A program made the translations under genes and the position numbers. Source: a virus (Duplodnaviria > Caudoviricetes). From it: a stretch of DNA of 29,429 nucleotides. Below, one piece after another: positions 8,182 through 17,000 of this stretch. The notes under the pieces are model-generated. The model was not told where the DNA came from and did not search any database. It saw only the letters and a list, made by a program, of their open reading frames with translations. Numbering within the stretch: position 1 is the stretch's first letter; each line of letters starts with the position of its first letter. The stretch is from positions 1 through 29,429 of the IMG/VR virus record IMGVR_UViG_3300012953_000151. One strand, 5' to 3'.

Positions 8182-9668
8182 TGGCAGTAGAATCAAGAAC
8201 CAGTAGTGTTGATCTTAAAGGAGATCCAGGTCCTTTCCTAGCAAGAATTGTAAGTCATCTTGATACTAGTTACATGGGCGGATTAGAAGTTGAAATTTTA
8301 AAAACTACTGAAGAAGGAAACAACACAGCGACTACTGGGCAAACTGCACAAGTAAAATATCTTCCAGGATTTTATGGAGTTACTCCGTATAGTGCAAATA
8401 GCGACAATGAAGGATACAAGTATTCACAACAAAGCTATGGCATGTGGGCTGTGCCACCTGATATAGGAAATTTAGTATTAGTAATATTTGTTGAAGGCAA
8501 AATTAATATGGGATATTGGTTGGGGTGTGTCCCTGATGAATATATGAACTTCCAAATTCCAGGAAATGCTGCTACAACTTTTAATGATAAAGATAAAACA
8601 AAAAATCTTCCAGTAGGTGAATATAATAAAAAGTTAAAAAAACATAAAGGACAAGATCCTACAAAATTTGTAAAGCCTGTAAATGTTGATCTTGAAACAC
8701 AATTAAAATCATCAGGACTAATTGAAGATAACACAAGAGGATTAAGTTCTTCTAGTGCTAGGAGAGAATTGCCAAGTATGGTTTTTGGTTGGAACACACC
8801 AGGACCATATGATAGACGACCAGGAGCACCAAAATTTAAATATGGCAATACAGGTTCTCAGACACAAGTCCCTTCATCTAGATTAGGCGGTTCTTCGTTT
8901 GTTATGGACGATGGCGATGCTAATTTTTTACGTAAAGGTTCAGCGTCAACTTCAGGTCCAGAATACGCAAATGTAGAAAGTATGGAAATGGGAGGTGATC
9001 CTGCAATTCCTCAAAACGAATTAATACGTTTAAAAACAAGAACTGGCCATCAAATTTTAATGCATAATTCTGAAGATTTAATTTATATCGGAAATGCAAG
9101 AGGCACAACTTGGATAGAATTAACTTCAAACGGTAAAATAGACATTTATGCTAAAGATAGCGTAAGTGTGCATACAGAGAATGATTATAACATTACTGCT
9201 GATAGAGATATTAACTTTACAGCTGGCAGAAATATTAACTTTACAGCAGCAACCGATATCAAACAAACAGCAGTAGCTGGCAATTGGGAAATAATGGTAG
9301 GTAAAGATGGTAAGATTACATGTGGAGGTACAAGTAATATTACAAGTAAACATCATTTAGAAACAGCAGATAAAATTGATATGAACGGTCCGCCAGCCGC
9401 CAAAGCAGGATCAGCTAAAGTTCCAACAAGATCACCGCAGGCGGAACCTTGGGCAGGACATGAAAACTATCTTCCTAATGCACATACTCCTGTAAACACT
9501 GATGCTACTCTTGCTATTGTTAATCCAACAGGCACAGCTAAAGGTACAACATCTACATCAGTCGCAGATACTAGAGCACAAGCGGAGTTGAAAGCAGCTC
9601 AGAATGATACAATGAAAAAGAAATGTGCAGAAAAAGCACCTGGCTCTTCAGCGATGGGACCAACATAA
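8181..9668 (+). CDS. gp5: Central spike, T4 gp5 / VgrG-like (OB fold plus beta-helix), no lysozyme domain
   Basis: OB fold: ARIVSHLD..MGGLEV ... GMWAVPPDIGNLVLVIF..G...GYWLG; RLKTRTGHQILM; 8-aa beta-helix repeats ending at KIDMN; followed by PAAR. Confidence 0.8.
   Translation: MAVESRTSSVDLKGDPGPFLARIVSHLDTSYMGGLEVEILKTTEEGNNTATTGQTAQVKYLPGFYGVTPYSANSDNEGYKYSQQSYGMWAVPPDIGNLVLVIFVEGKINMGYWLGCVPDEYMNFQIPGNAATTFNDKDKTKNLPVGEYNKKLKKHKGQDPTKFVKPVNVDLETQLKSSGLIEDNTRGLSSSSARRELPSMVFGWNTPGPYDRRPGAPKFKYGNTGSQTQVPSSRLGGSSFVMDDGDANFLRKGSASTSGPEYANVESMEMGGDPAIPQNELIRLKTRTGHQILMHNSEDLIYIGNARGTTWIELTSNGKIDIYAKDSVSVHTENDYNITADRDINFTAGRNINFTAATDIKQTAVAGNWEIMVGKDGKITCGGTSNITSKHHLETADKIDMNGPPAAKAGSAKVPTRSPQAEPWAGHENYLPNAHTPVNTDATLAIVNPTGTAKGTTSTSVADTRAQAELKAAQNDTMKKKCAEKAPGSSAMGPT
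9204..9251 (+). repeat. 24-nt tandem duplication encoding beta-helix repeats (RDINFTAG / RNINFTAA)
   Basis: agagatattaactttacagctggc followed by agaaatattaactttacagcagca. Confidence 0.8.
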
Positions 9669-9955
9669 TGCCAGCTGTTCATAGAGATACTGATGGAAGA
9701 TCCTGCGGAGCAACAACTACAGTTTCTGGTCAAGGCAAAGTATATGCTAATAATTTATTAGTTTCGGTTGATGGTGATCCAAATACACACGGTGGCGGCA
9801 ATTTAATAGCTGGATCAAAACAGGTTTTTATTAATAACTTACTTGTAGTAAATCACACGCCTGATCAAGCTAATCCTGATAGTATATGTCCTATTCCACC
9901 GCATTGTAATCCAGAGACAGCAGGAGGATCTCCTGATGTTAATGTTGGTGATTAA
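9668..9955 (+). CDS. PAAR spike-tip protein (T4 gp5.4-like), 95 aa
   Basis: MPAVHRDTD.RSCG, VYANN, GDPNTH, GSKQVFINN, GSPDVNVG with Cys/His metal ligands; start moved from 9623 to the TAATG overlap at 9668. Confidence 0.85.
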   Translation: MPAVHRDTDGRSCGATTTVSGQGKVYANNLLVSVDGDPNTHGGGNLIAGSKQVFINNLLVVNHTPDQANPDSICPIPPHCNPETAGGSPDVNVGD

Positions 9956-9962
9956 CCTAAGG

Positions 9963-9968
9963 TAAATA
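9963..9968 (+). promoter_or_regulatory. Late promoter TAAATA, 4 nt upstream of the gp25 ATG
   Basis: GGTAAATACGTTATG in a 17-bp intergenic gap. Confidence 0.55.
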
Positions 9969-9972
9969 CGTT

Positions 9973-10422
9973 ATGAGTTCAAGAGAAAAGAAAATTTACG
10001 CAGAAATTACAGTTCCGGGTAATAAAAGTATAGAATCTACAAGTTCTAAAACTACATATAGGGGTATGAGTACAGTCAATCCAGACAACAATACTGTAAG
10101 CCTTTATGATATCTCATTAATTAAACAAGACCTTATTAATCATTTTCATATACGCCAAGGAGAAAAGTTAAGTAATCCTGAATTCGGTACAATTATTTGG
10201 GACGCATTATTTGAACCATTAACTGAAACTTTAAAAGACGCAATAATACAAAATGTTACAAAAATAGTTAACAGTGATCCAAGAACAAATGTAGACAAAA
10301 TTGTTATTGATCAATATGAACAAGGAATACAAATTGAATGTACTATTACATATCTTCCATTTAATATCTCAGAAACTTTACGAATGAGATTTGACGAAGA
10401 TGCGGGCTTTTTGAAGTCCTAA
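9973..10422 (+). CDS. gp25: Baseplate wedge / sheath initiator, T4 gp25-like
   Basis: IKQDLINHFHIRQGEKLSNPEFGTIIWDALFEP ... DPR is the canonical GPW/gp25 pattern. Confidence 0.9.
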   Translation: MSSREKKIYAEITVPGNKSIESTSSKTTYRGMSTVNPDNNTVSLYDISLIKQDLINHFHIRQGEKLSNPEFGTIIWDALFEPLTETLKDAIIQNVTKIVNSDPRTNVDKIVIDQYEQGIQIECTITYLPFNISETLRMRFDEDAGFLKS

Positions 10423-10424
10423 TT

Positions 10425-10454
10425 ATGTACGTACTTTACTATATGCAATAAATA
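10425..10454 (+). promoter_or_regulatory. Late promoter for gp6 and the giant ORF (TAAATA) with a putative upstream element
   Basis: TAAATA at 10449-10454, followed by SD TAAGGA; upstream ATGTACGTACTT matches 4557-4568. Confidence 0.65.
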
Positions 10455-10475
10455 GTACAATAAGGAATATTATAT

Positions 10476-13400
10476 ATGCCGGCGACAGATAGACAGAATA
10501 GATTATTACTTGCAGAAGACTGGAGACGAGTCTACCAATCTTTCCGTAATGCAGATTTTCAGAGTTACGACTTTGATAATCTTCGCCGTACTATGATTAA
10601 TTATCTTAGAGAAAATTACCCTGAAGATTTTAACGATTATATTGAATCTAGCGAATACTTAGCATTGATTGACTTAATTGCATACATGGGGCAAAATATT
10701 TCCTTCCGTATTGATCTAAATGCAAGAGAGAATTACTTAGAACTAGCAGAACGTAGAGAAAGTGTTTTGCGTTTAGCACGGTTACTCTCTTATAATCCAA
10801 AGCGTAATCAAGCTGCTAACGGATTACTTAAGGTTGAAAGTGTAAGCACAACAGAAGAAATACTAGATTCCAACAATGTAAATTTAGCAAACCAAACAGT
10901 TGTATGGAATGATCCTACAAATCCTGACTGGTATGAACAATTTGTAAAAGTAATGAATTCAACTTTACCTGTTAATGCAAAATTTGGTCGCCCTATTAAA
11001 AAGGATACTGCAAACGGTATTCCTACTGAACAGTATAGAATGTTAAGTACAAACACTGAAGTTCCAGTATACAGTTTTGCAAAAAATATAGACGGACGAT
11101 CTGTAAGATTTGAGATTACATCAACAGACGTAGTTGATAAAGTTATACAAGAAGAAGCTCCTTTCCCCGGAAATAATTTTGCATTTTTATACAGAGACGA
11201 CGGCAGAGGTAGTGCTAGTTCAAATACAGGATTTTTTAATCATTTTAGAGAAGGCGCAATAGACGAAGGTGTATTCAACATTACATCTCCTAGCACTAAT
11301 CAAGTAGTTTCCATTGATGCTACTAATGTTAATAATTCTGATGTTTGGCTGTATAAATTAGATTCTTTTGGTGCTGAACAAGAACTATGGACTAAAGTAG
11401 ATTCTGTAGAAGGAAACAATGTTGTATATAATAGTTTAAGTAAAAGTGTCAATAACATTTATGCAGTATTAACTAGAGTAGATGATAGAATTAGTTTAAT
11501 GTTTTCAGATGGAGTATTCGGCAATTTACCTAAAGGTAGTTTCCGCGTATTTTATAGAGTAAGCAAAAATGAAAGAGTAATAATTACTCCAGACGATATG
11601 AGAGGTATAACTGTTTCAATACCTTATTTGTCTAAGACAGATAAAATCGAAACATTAACACTTACGTATGAATTAAAATATACAGTTGATAATTCAACAG
11701 AGAGCGAATCAAACGCAAGCATTAAACAAAATGCTCCGTCAACATATTATACGCAAAATAGAATGGTAACAGGTGAAGACTACCAAATTTCACCATTAGG
11801 AGTTAGCCAAGAAATTATTAAAGTTAAATCTATTAACAGAACCTCAAGTGGAATATCTAGGTATTTCGATTTAATTGATGCAACAGGAAAATATAGTAAA
11901 ACAAACTTATATGGAACAGACGGTGTACTGTTTAAAGAAAATTTAGAACCAAAAACAACATTTACTTTTGTAACAAAAACTGATGTTGAAGGAGCAATAG
12001 TAAACACTATACAGCCTATCTTACGAGACAGGAAAGTTCGAAATTATTATTATAATAATTTTCCAAAAATTTCAACTGTTGACTTAGGTATTACTTGGAC
12101 ACAATCAACTAAAACAACAAATTTAAGCACAGGATATTTTAAAAATTCTGCAGATGTTATATCTCAACTAGGAACTTTTACTTCGTCATTATTGAAGTTA
12201 ATAGTTCCAGGATCATTAGTTAAATTTTTACCACCAACAGGAAAAAGTTTTTTAAATACTGACTTAGTAAGCAATACAGGATATCAAGGTAAAAAAGGTG
12301 TTGTAGATTATAAATGGGTAAAAATAGCAGCAGTAACAGGAGACGGAACAGTAATTGCAACTACAGGCGCAGGACCGGTTTCTTTAAATGATATTATTCC
12401 AACAGGATCTAAACTAGCTGAAATTATTCCTGGATTATCAGGTTCATTAGAAACTGACGTAGCAACGCAATTAATTGATCAAGTGTTTGCTTATAAAACA
12501 TTTGGATTACGGTATAGCACTGATACTCAATCCTGGAGAATAGTAACAGAAAATAATCTTAATGTCACTGCACCGTTTAGTACAGGTAAAACAGGAGACA
12601 TATCTAATCAACAATTAGATGCAAGCTGGCTTTTATTATTTGAAACAAATGGTGAAACGTATACTATTAAGAATAGAGGTATGAGATATATTTTTGAAAG
12701 TAACCAAGAAATGAGATTTTACTTTGATAAGACAGATAAGATTTATAATAATTTAACAGGAAAAATTGTTAAAGATAAGATTAGTATTTTAAATATTAAC
12801 ACACAACCAGATAGTGCTCTACCTTTTACAGTTAACTATGATTGGGAACTTACAGAGGAATATAGAGATGCAGAAGGATATGTTGATAGTAAAAAGATTG
12901 AAATTTCATTTTTTGATACTGATGACGATGGTGCTGTAGACGATCCTGATATTTTTGACACTATTGTTGATGAAACTACAAATCCTTTGACTAAGTATAT
13001 TTTCCAGCAAAAAGTTACTACAACTGACGGAGTAGAAGATTTTAATTATATTTCAGCAAGTTCTTTGAATATAAATGTTCTAAGTGCTGAAAGTTCTTTA
13101 GCGGCTTTGAGCACATATACTAATGGACAATTATTTTATTTTACATCAACTAACATTTTTAAAATCTATGACAGTACAGAAGGTATTTTAAAACAAACAA
13201 CTGATTATAGAGCTAGGGTTGGTAGAGATGAAATTACGTTTCATTATATTCACGGAGCAGATGACAGTTCTAGGATTGATCCAAGTGCAAGTAATCTAAT
13301 TGATACTTATATTTTAACAAAAAGTTATGACACAGATTTTAGATTATTTTTAAATGGTGCAGGAACTTTACCGTTACCTCCAAGTTCTGATGCGTTAGCA

Positions 13401-14039
13401 TTATCGTATAATACACAGTTATCTAAAATAAAATCATTATCTGATGAAATAATATATCATCCAGTTAAGTATAAAGTATTATTTGGAACAAAGGCGGATA
13501 CAGATTTGCAAGCAACATTTAAAGTAGTAAAAAATCCAGATCTTGTGTTAAACGATAACGATATAAAATCTAGAATTGTTGCTGCAATCAATGAATATTT
13601 CGCACTTGAAAACTGGGACTTTGGAGATAAGTTTTTCTTCTCAGAAATGGCAAATTATGTAATGTCACAAATGACACCAGATCTAGTTACTTTTATTATA
13701 GTGCCAACACAGTCATCACAGGTATTTGGTAGCTTGTTTGAGATTAAATCAGAAAGCGATGAAATTTTTATAAGCGGTGCAACAGTGGATAATGTTGATG
13801 TTATAGATGCAGTTACAGCAACAAGGTTACGAGCAGACGGTACTGTTGTTACATCAAGCACTAGAGTATCTGCTGGTATACAAAGTTCAACAACAACTGC
13901 GGCAAACACAACTGGTACAACTACTACAAGTTCATCTAGCACTAGTAGTTCTTCAAGTAGTTCTTCAAGTAGTTCTTCAAGTAGTTCTTCAAGTAGTTCG
14001 TCAAGTAGCTCAGGTTCAAGTAGTAGCGGAGGTTACTAA
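10476..14039 (+). CDS. gp6: Baseplate wedge protein, T4 gp6-like (1187 aa)
   Basis: YDFDNLR, FNDYIESS..ALIDLIAY, ENYLELAERRESV..LARLLSYNP, FSDGVFGNLP, ES..SIKQNAP..YYTQNRMVTGEDY; follows gp25. Confidence 0.9.
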   Translation: MPATDRQNRLLLAEDWRRVYQSFRNADFQSYDFDNLRRTMINYLRENYPEDFNDYIESSEYLALIDLIAYMGQNISFRIDLNARENYLELAERRESVLRLARLLSYNPKRNQAANGLLKVESVSTTEEILDSNNVNLANQTVVWNDPTNPDWYEQFVKVMNSTLPVNAKFGRPIKKDTANGIPTEQYRMLSTNTEVPVYSFAKNIDGRSVRFEITSTDVVDKVIQEEAPFPGNNFAFLYRDDGRGSASSNTGFFNHFREGAIDEGVFNITSPSTNQVVSIDATNVNNSDVWLYKLDSFGAEQELWTKVDSVEGNNVVYNSLSKSVNNIYAVLTRVDDRISLMFSDGVFGNLPKGSFRVFYRVSKNERVIITPDDMRGITVSIPYLSKTDKIETLTLTYELKYTVDNSTESESNASIKQNAPSTYYTQNRMVTGEDYQISPLGVSQEIIKVKSINRTSSGISRYFDLIDATGKYSKTNLYGTDGVLFKENLEPKTTFTFVTKTDVEGAIVNTIQPILRDRKVRNYYYNNFPKISTVDLGITWTQSTKTTNLSTGYFKNSADVISQLGTFTSSLLKLIVPGSLVKFLPPTGKSFLNTDLVSNTGYQGKKGVVDYKWVKIAAVTGDGTVIATTGAGPVSLNDIIPTGSKLAEIIPGLSGSLETDVATQLIDQVFAYKTFGLRYSTDTQSWRIVTENNLNVTAPFSTGKTGDISNQQLDASWLLLFETNGETYTIKNRGMRYIFESNQEMRFYFDKTDKIYNNLTGKIVKDKISILNINTQPDSALPFTVNYDWELTEEYRDAEGYVDSKKIEISFFDTDDDGAVDDPDIFDTIVDETTNPLTKYIFQQKVTTTDGVEDFNYISASSLNINVLSAESSLAALSTYTNGQLFYFTSTNIFKIYDSTEGILKQTTDYRARVGRDEITFHYIHGADDSSRIDPSASNLIDTYILTKSYDTDFRLFLNGAGTLPLPPSSDALALSYNTQLSKIKSLSDEIIYHPVKYKVLFGTKADTDLQATFKVVKNPDLVLNDNDIKSRIVAAINEYFALENWDFGDKFFFSEMANYVMSQMTPDLVTFIIVPTQSSQVFGSLFEIKSESDEIFISGATVDNVDVIDAVTATRLRADGTVVTSSTRVSAGIQSSTTTAANTTGTTTTSSSSTSSSSSSSSSSSSSSSSSSSSSSSGSSSSGGY
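13944..14003 (+). repeat. 12-nt tandem repeat (AGTAGTTCTTCA x4 plus 1 variant) encoding the poly-Ser tail of gp6
   Basis: Directly visible; translates to SSSS units, and the protein ends SSSSGGY. Confidence 0.9.
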
Positions 14040-17000
14040 TGGCTTTTGATAACAATCAAAAAGACGGAACAGCTGATCCTAACGCTAAAAGGAAAACAGA
14101 ACAACATCTTCCTAAGTATTTTAGAACAGTCAGTAATAGTAAATTTTTAAGCAGCACTATAGACCAATTAGTTCAACCTGGCGTAGTTGAAAAGCTAAAT
14201 GGATATTATGGTCGCGAAACCGCAGCATCTTTTAACAAAGATGACAACTATATAGGTGACTTTTCAGACAGTAGACAGAATTATCAATTTGAACCAGCAG
14301 CAGTGATTAAGGATAATTTAGGTGCTGTAAAATTTTATAAAGACTACAATGATTATATGAATCAACTTCGTAGTTTTAACGATAAAGTAAAAGACCATAG
14401 TATAACAAACAAGCAAGAATACTATAGTTGGAACCCCCATATTAACTGGGATAAATTTATTAATTTTAGAGAATATTATTGGCTTCCAAGTGGTCCACAA
14501 ACAATTGATGTTAGAGGACAGACTACTGAAGTTGTGAGTACTTATACTGTTACTGTAGCTGATAATTTAGATAATTTTGGTTACGTATTTTCACCTGATG
14601 GGCTTACACAAAATCCTACAATAAAGTTATTCAGAGGAGTTACTTATAAATTTGATATAAACACACCAGGACTACCGTTTACAATCAGAACAAAGCGTAC
14701 TTTAGATGATTCATTTACGTTGTCTGCAAGTGAAAACAATATTGATAATCAAGGGACAGAAGAAGGGGTGATAACATTTACCCCTACTGATACTACACCA
14801 AACATATTATATTATGTTGCAGATAACGATATAGAAGCTGCAGGGCTTATTAAAATTGCTAATATAGAAGAATCCTCTGCGATTGATATTGACGCAGAAG
14901 TCTTAGGCAAAAAAACATATACTACCGGAGCAGGATTTGATCTTAGTAACGGAATGAAAATTAAGTTTATAGGAGATGTAACACCTACAACATATGCCAC
15001 TGGTGAATATTATGTTGAAGGTGTCGGTGACAAAATTGTTTTAATCAATGAAGACGAATTAACAGTTCCTAGTGCATTTGTAAGTGATGTAAATGTAGAT
15101 TTTGATGATCAAGGATTTGATAGACAGCCTTTTGATACTGCTATAGGTTATCCTACAGTAAGAGATTATATGCTTATTACTCGTGAAGCTAATGATGGTA
15201 ATTTATGGAGTAGATATAATAGATGGTTTCATAAATCTATTATTGAACAAAGTGCAACATTAAATGAACAACCAGTTAATATTGACGAATCAGCTAGAGC
15301 AAAAAGACCAATAATTGAATTTGAAAAAGGTCTAAAGTTATTTGACTTTGGTACGCAAACAAAAGCTAATGTAAATCTTTTAGATACACATACTAAAGAT
15401 GTATTCTCTACTATAGAAGGTAGCACAGGATACAATATCGATGGCGTAGATCTAATTGATGGTATGAGAATTTTATTTACAGCTGACCCTGATCCGTTAG
15501 TAAAAGGAAGAATTTTTGAAGTCAAATTTTTTAAATTTGATGGACCAGAAATTGAAGTAGATCAAAATATAAAGCAAATTTCTTTAATTGAAGTAACAGA
15601 TTCTAAACCAGTAATAAACGAAGTAGTGCTAGTAAGTCAAGGAAATACCTATAAAGGGTTAATGTATTATTACAATGGCACTGAATGGAAACTAGCACAA
15701 ACTAAAACTAAAGTTAACCAAGCACCTTTGTTTGATTTATTTGACGAAAATAATAAAAGTTTTAGTGATACAACAGTATATAATTCTTCTACTTTTAAAG
15801 GTAATAAAATTTTTAGTTATAAAGAAGGAACTGTAGGTACAGCAGATAGTGAAGTTGGGCTAGTACTATCATATAGAACAATAACAAATGTAGGCGATAT
15901 TACATTTAAGTTTGACTTACTTACAGAATTGTTTGAATACTTAATTGGAAGTCAGTTATACTTTAAGAATACAGATGTAGGATTTCTACAAAAATACTCT
16001 GCTATTGCAAAATATACAAATGCTAATGCTTGGACAAAGGCTCCTACAGATAGTAAGCAACCTGTTATTAGGCAGTATGTATTTGATAATACTACAACAG
16101 CATTTGAGGTTGATGTTTACGAAAATAGTGGATCGCTTGCAGATTTAAATTTATCAGTATCTTTAAATAACGAACTAAAATTTAAAGATATAGATTATAC
16201 TTTAGGTACATCAGCAAATAATTTAACTACAGTTACATTTTTAACTCCAGCATTTACCTCCGCAACAGGACTTACTGTTGGAGACAAAGTTGTTTTAAAA
16301 ACTTCTTCAGTAGCGGAAAAGAATGATAATGGTTATTATGATTTCCCAAGTAATTTAGAAAGAAATCCTTTAAACAATAATCTTAATGAGTTTACTGTAG
16401 GAGAGGTAAACAATCATGTATCTAGTATAGTAGAAGATTTATCAGACTTTAAGGGGAAGTTTCCTGGATCAAGTAATTTACGGGATTTAGGCGATGTTAC
16501 TAGATTTGGAAATAGATTTGTAAAACATAGTTCTCCTTTAAATCTTGCAATGTATAGTGTGTTAGATAAAGATTCAAATTTAATATCAGCAATGCGTTAT
16601 GCAAGAAGAGAGTATGGAAAATTTAAAAGATTATTTCTACAAGTTGCACATGACTTAGGGTGGGAAGGTCCTACCAAAGAACATGTAGATAAAATAATGG
16701 CTGAGCTTAATAAAGACAAGATAAATTCAATGCCATTTTACTTTTCAGATATGGTACCACAAGGATCCTTCAACAAAACTACTCATGAAATTGATGATAA
16801 TACAGAAGAATATTTTGCTCTGTCTAAAGTTTTTAGTCTTAGTACTGCAAGTAGAGATTCAGTACAAGTATATCTAAACAACAAACAACTTATACACAAT
16901 AAAGATTATGTATTTAACAGTGAAGGTTTTTGTAGAGTTACAGCTAGTAAAGTAAAAGGTGATTTGCTTGACATTTACGAGTATGAAACAACTAACGGTA

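Noticed and set aside
9623-9667. Longer N-terminus for PAAR as given in the ORF track
   Set aside because: It overlaps gp5 by 46 nt. ATG 9668 gives the TAATG coupling seen at 5457, 8181 and 14039 and the canonical MPA start.
4609-14039. Bacterial T6SS or extracellular contractile injection system locus
   Set aside because: Adjacent gp55/gp47/gp46, T4-type late promoter boxes and T4-style gp6/gp53 indicate a phage tail module; no TssJLM, ClpV or eCIS ATPase is present.
13807-14049. Plus-strand 80-aa ORF with VVLQ repeats
   Set aside because: Alternative-frame reading of the gp6 poly-Ser repeat.
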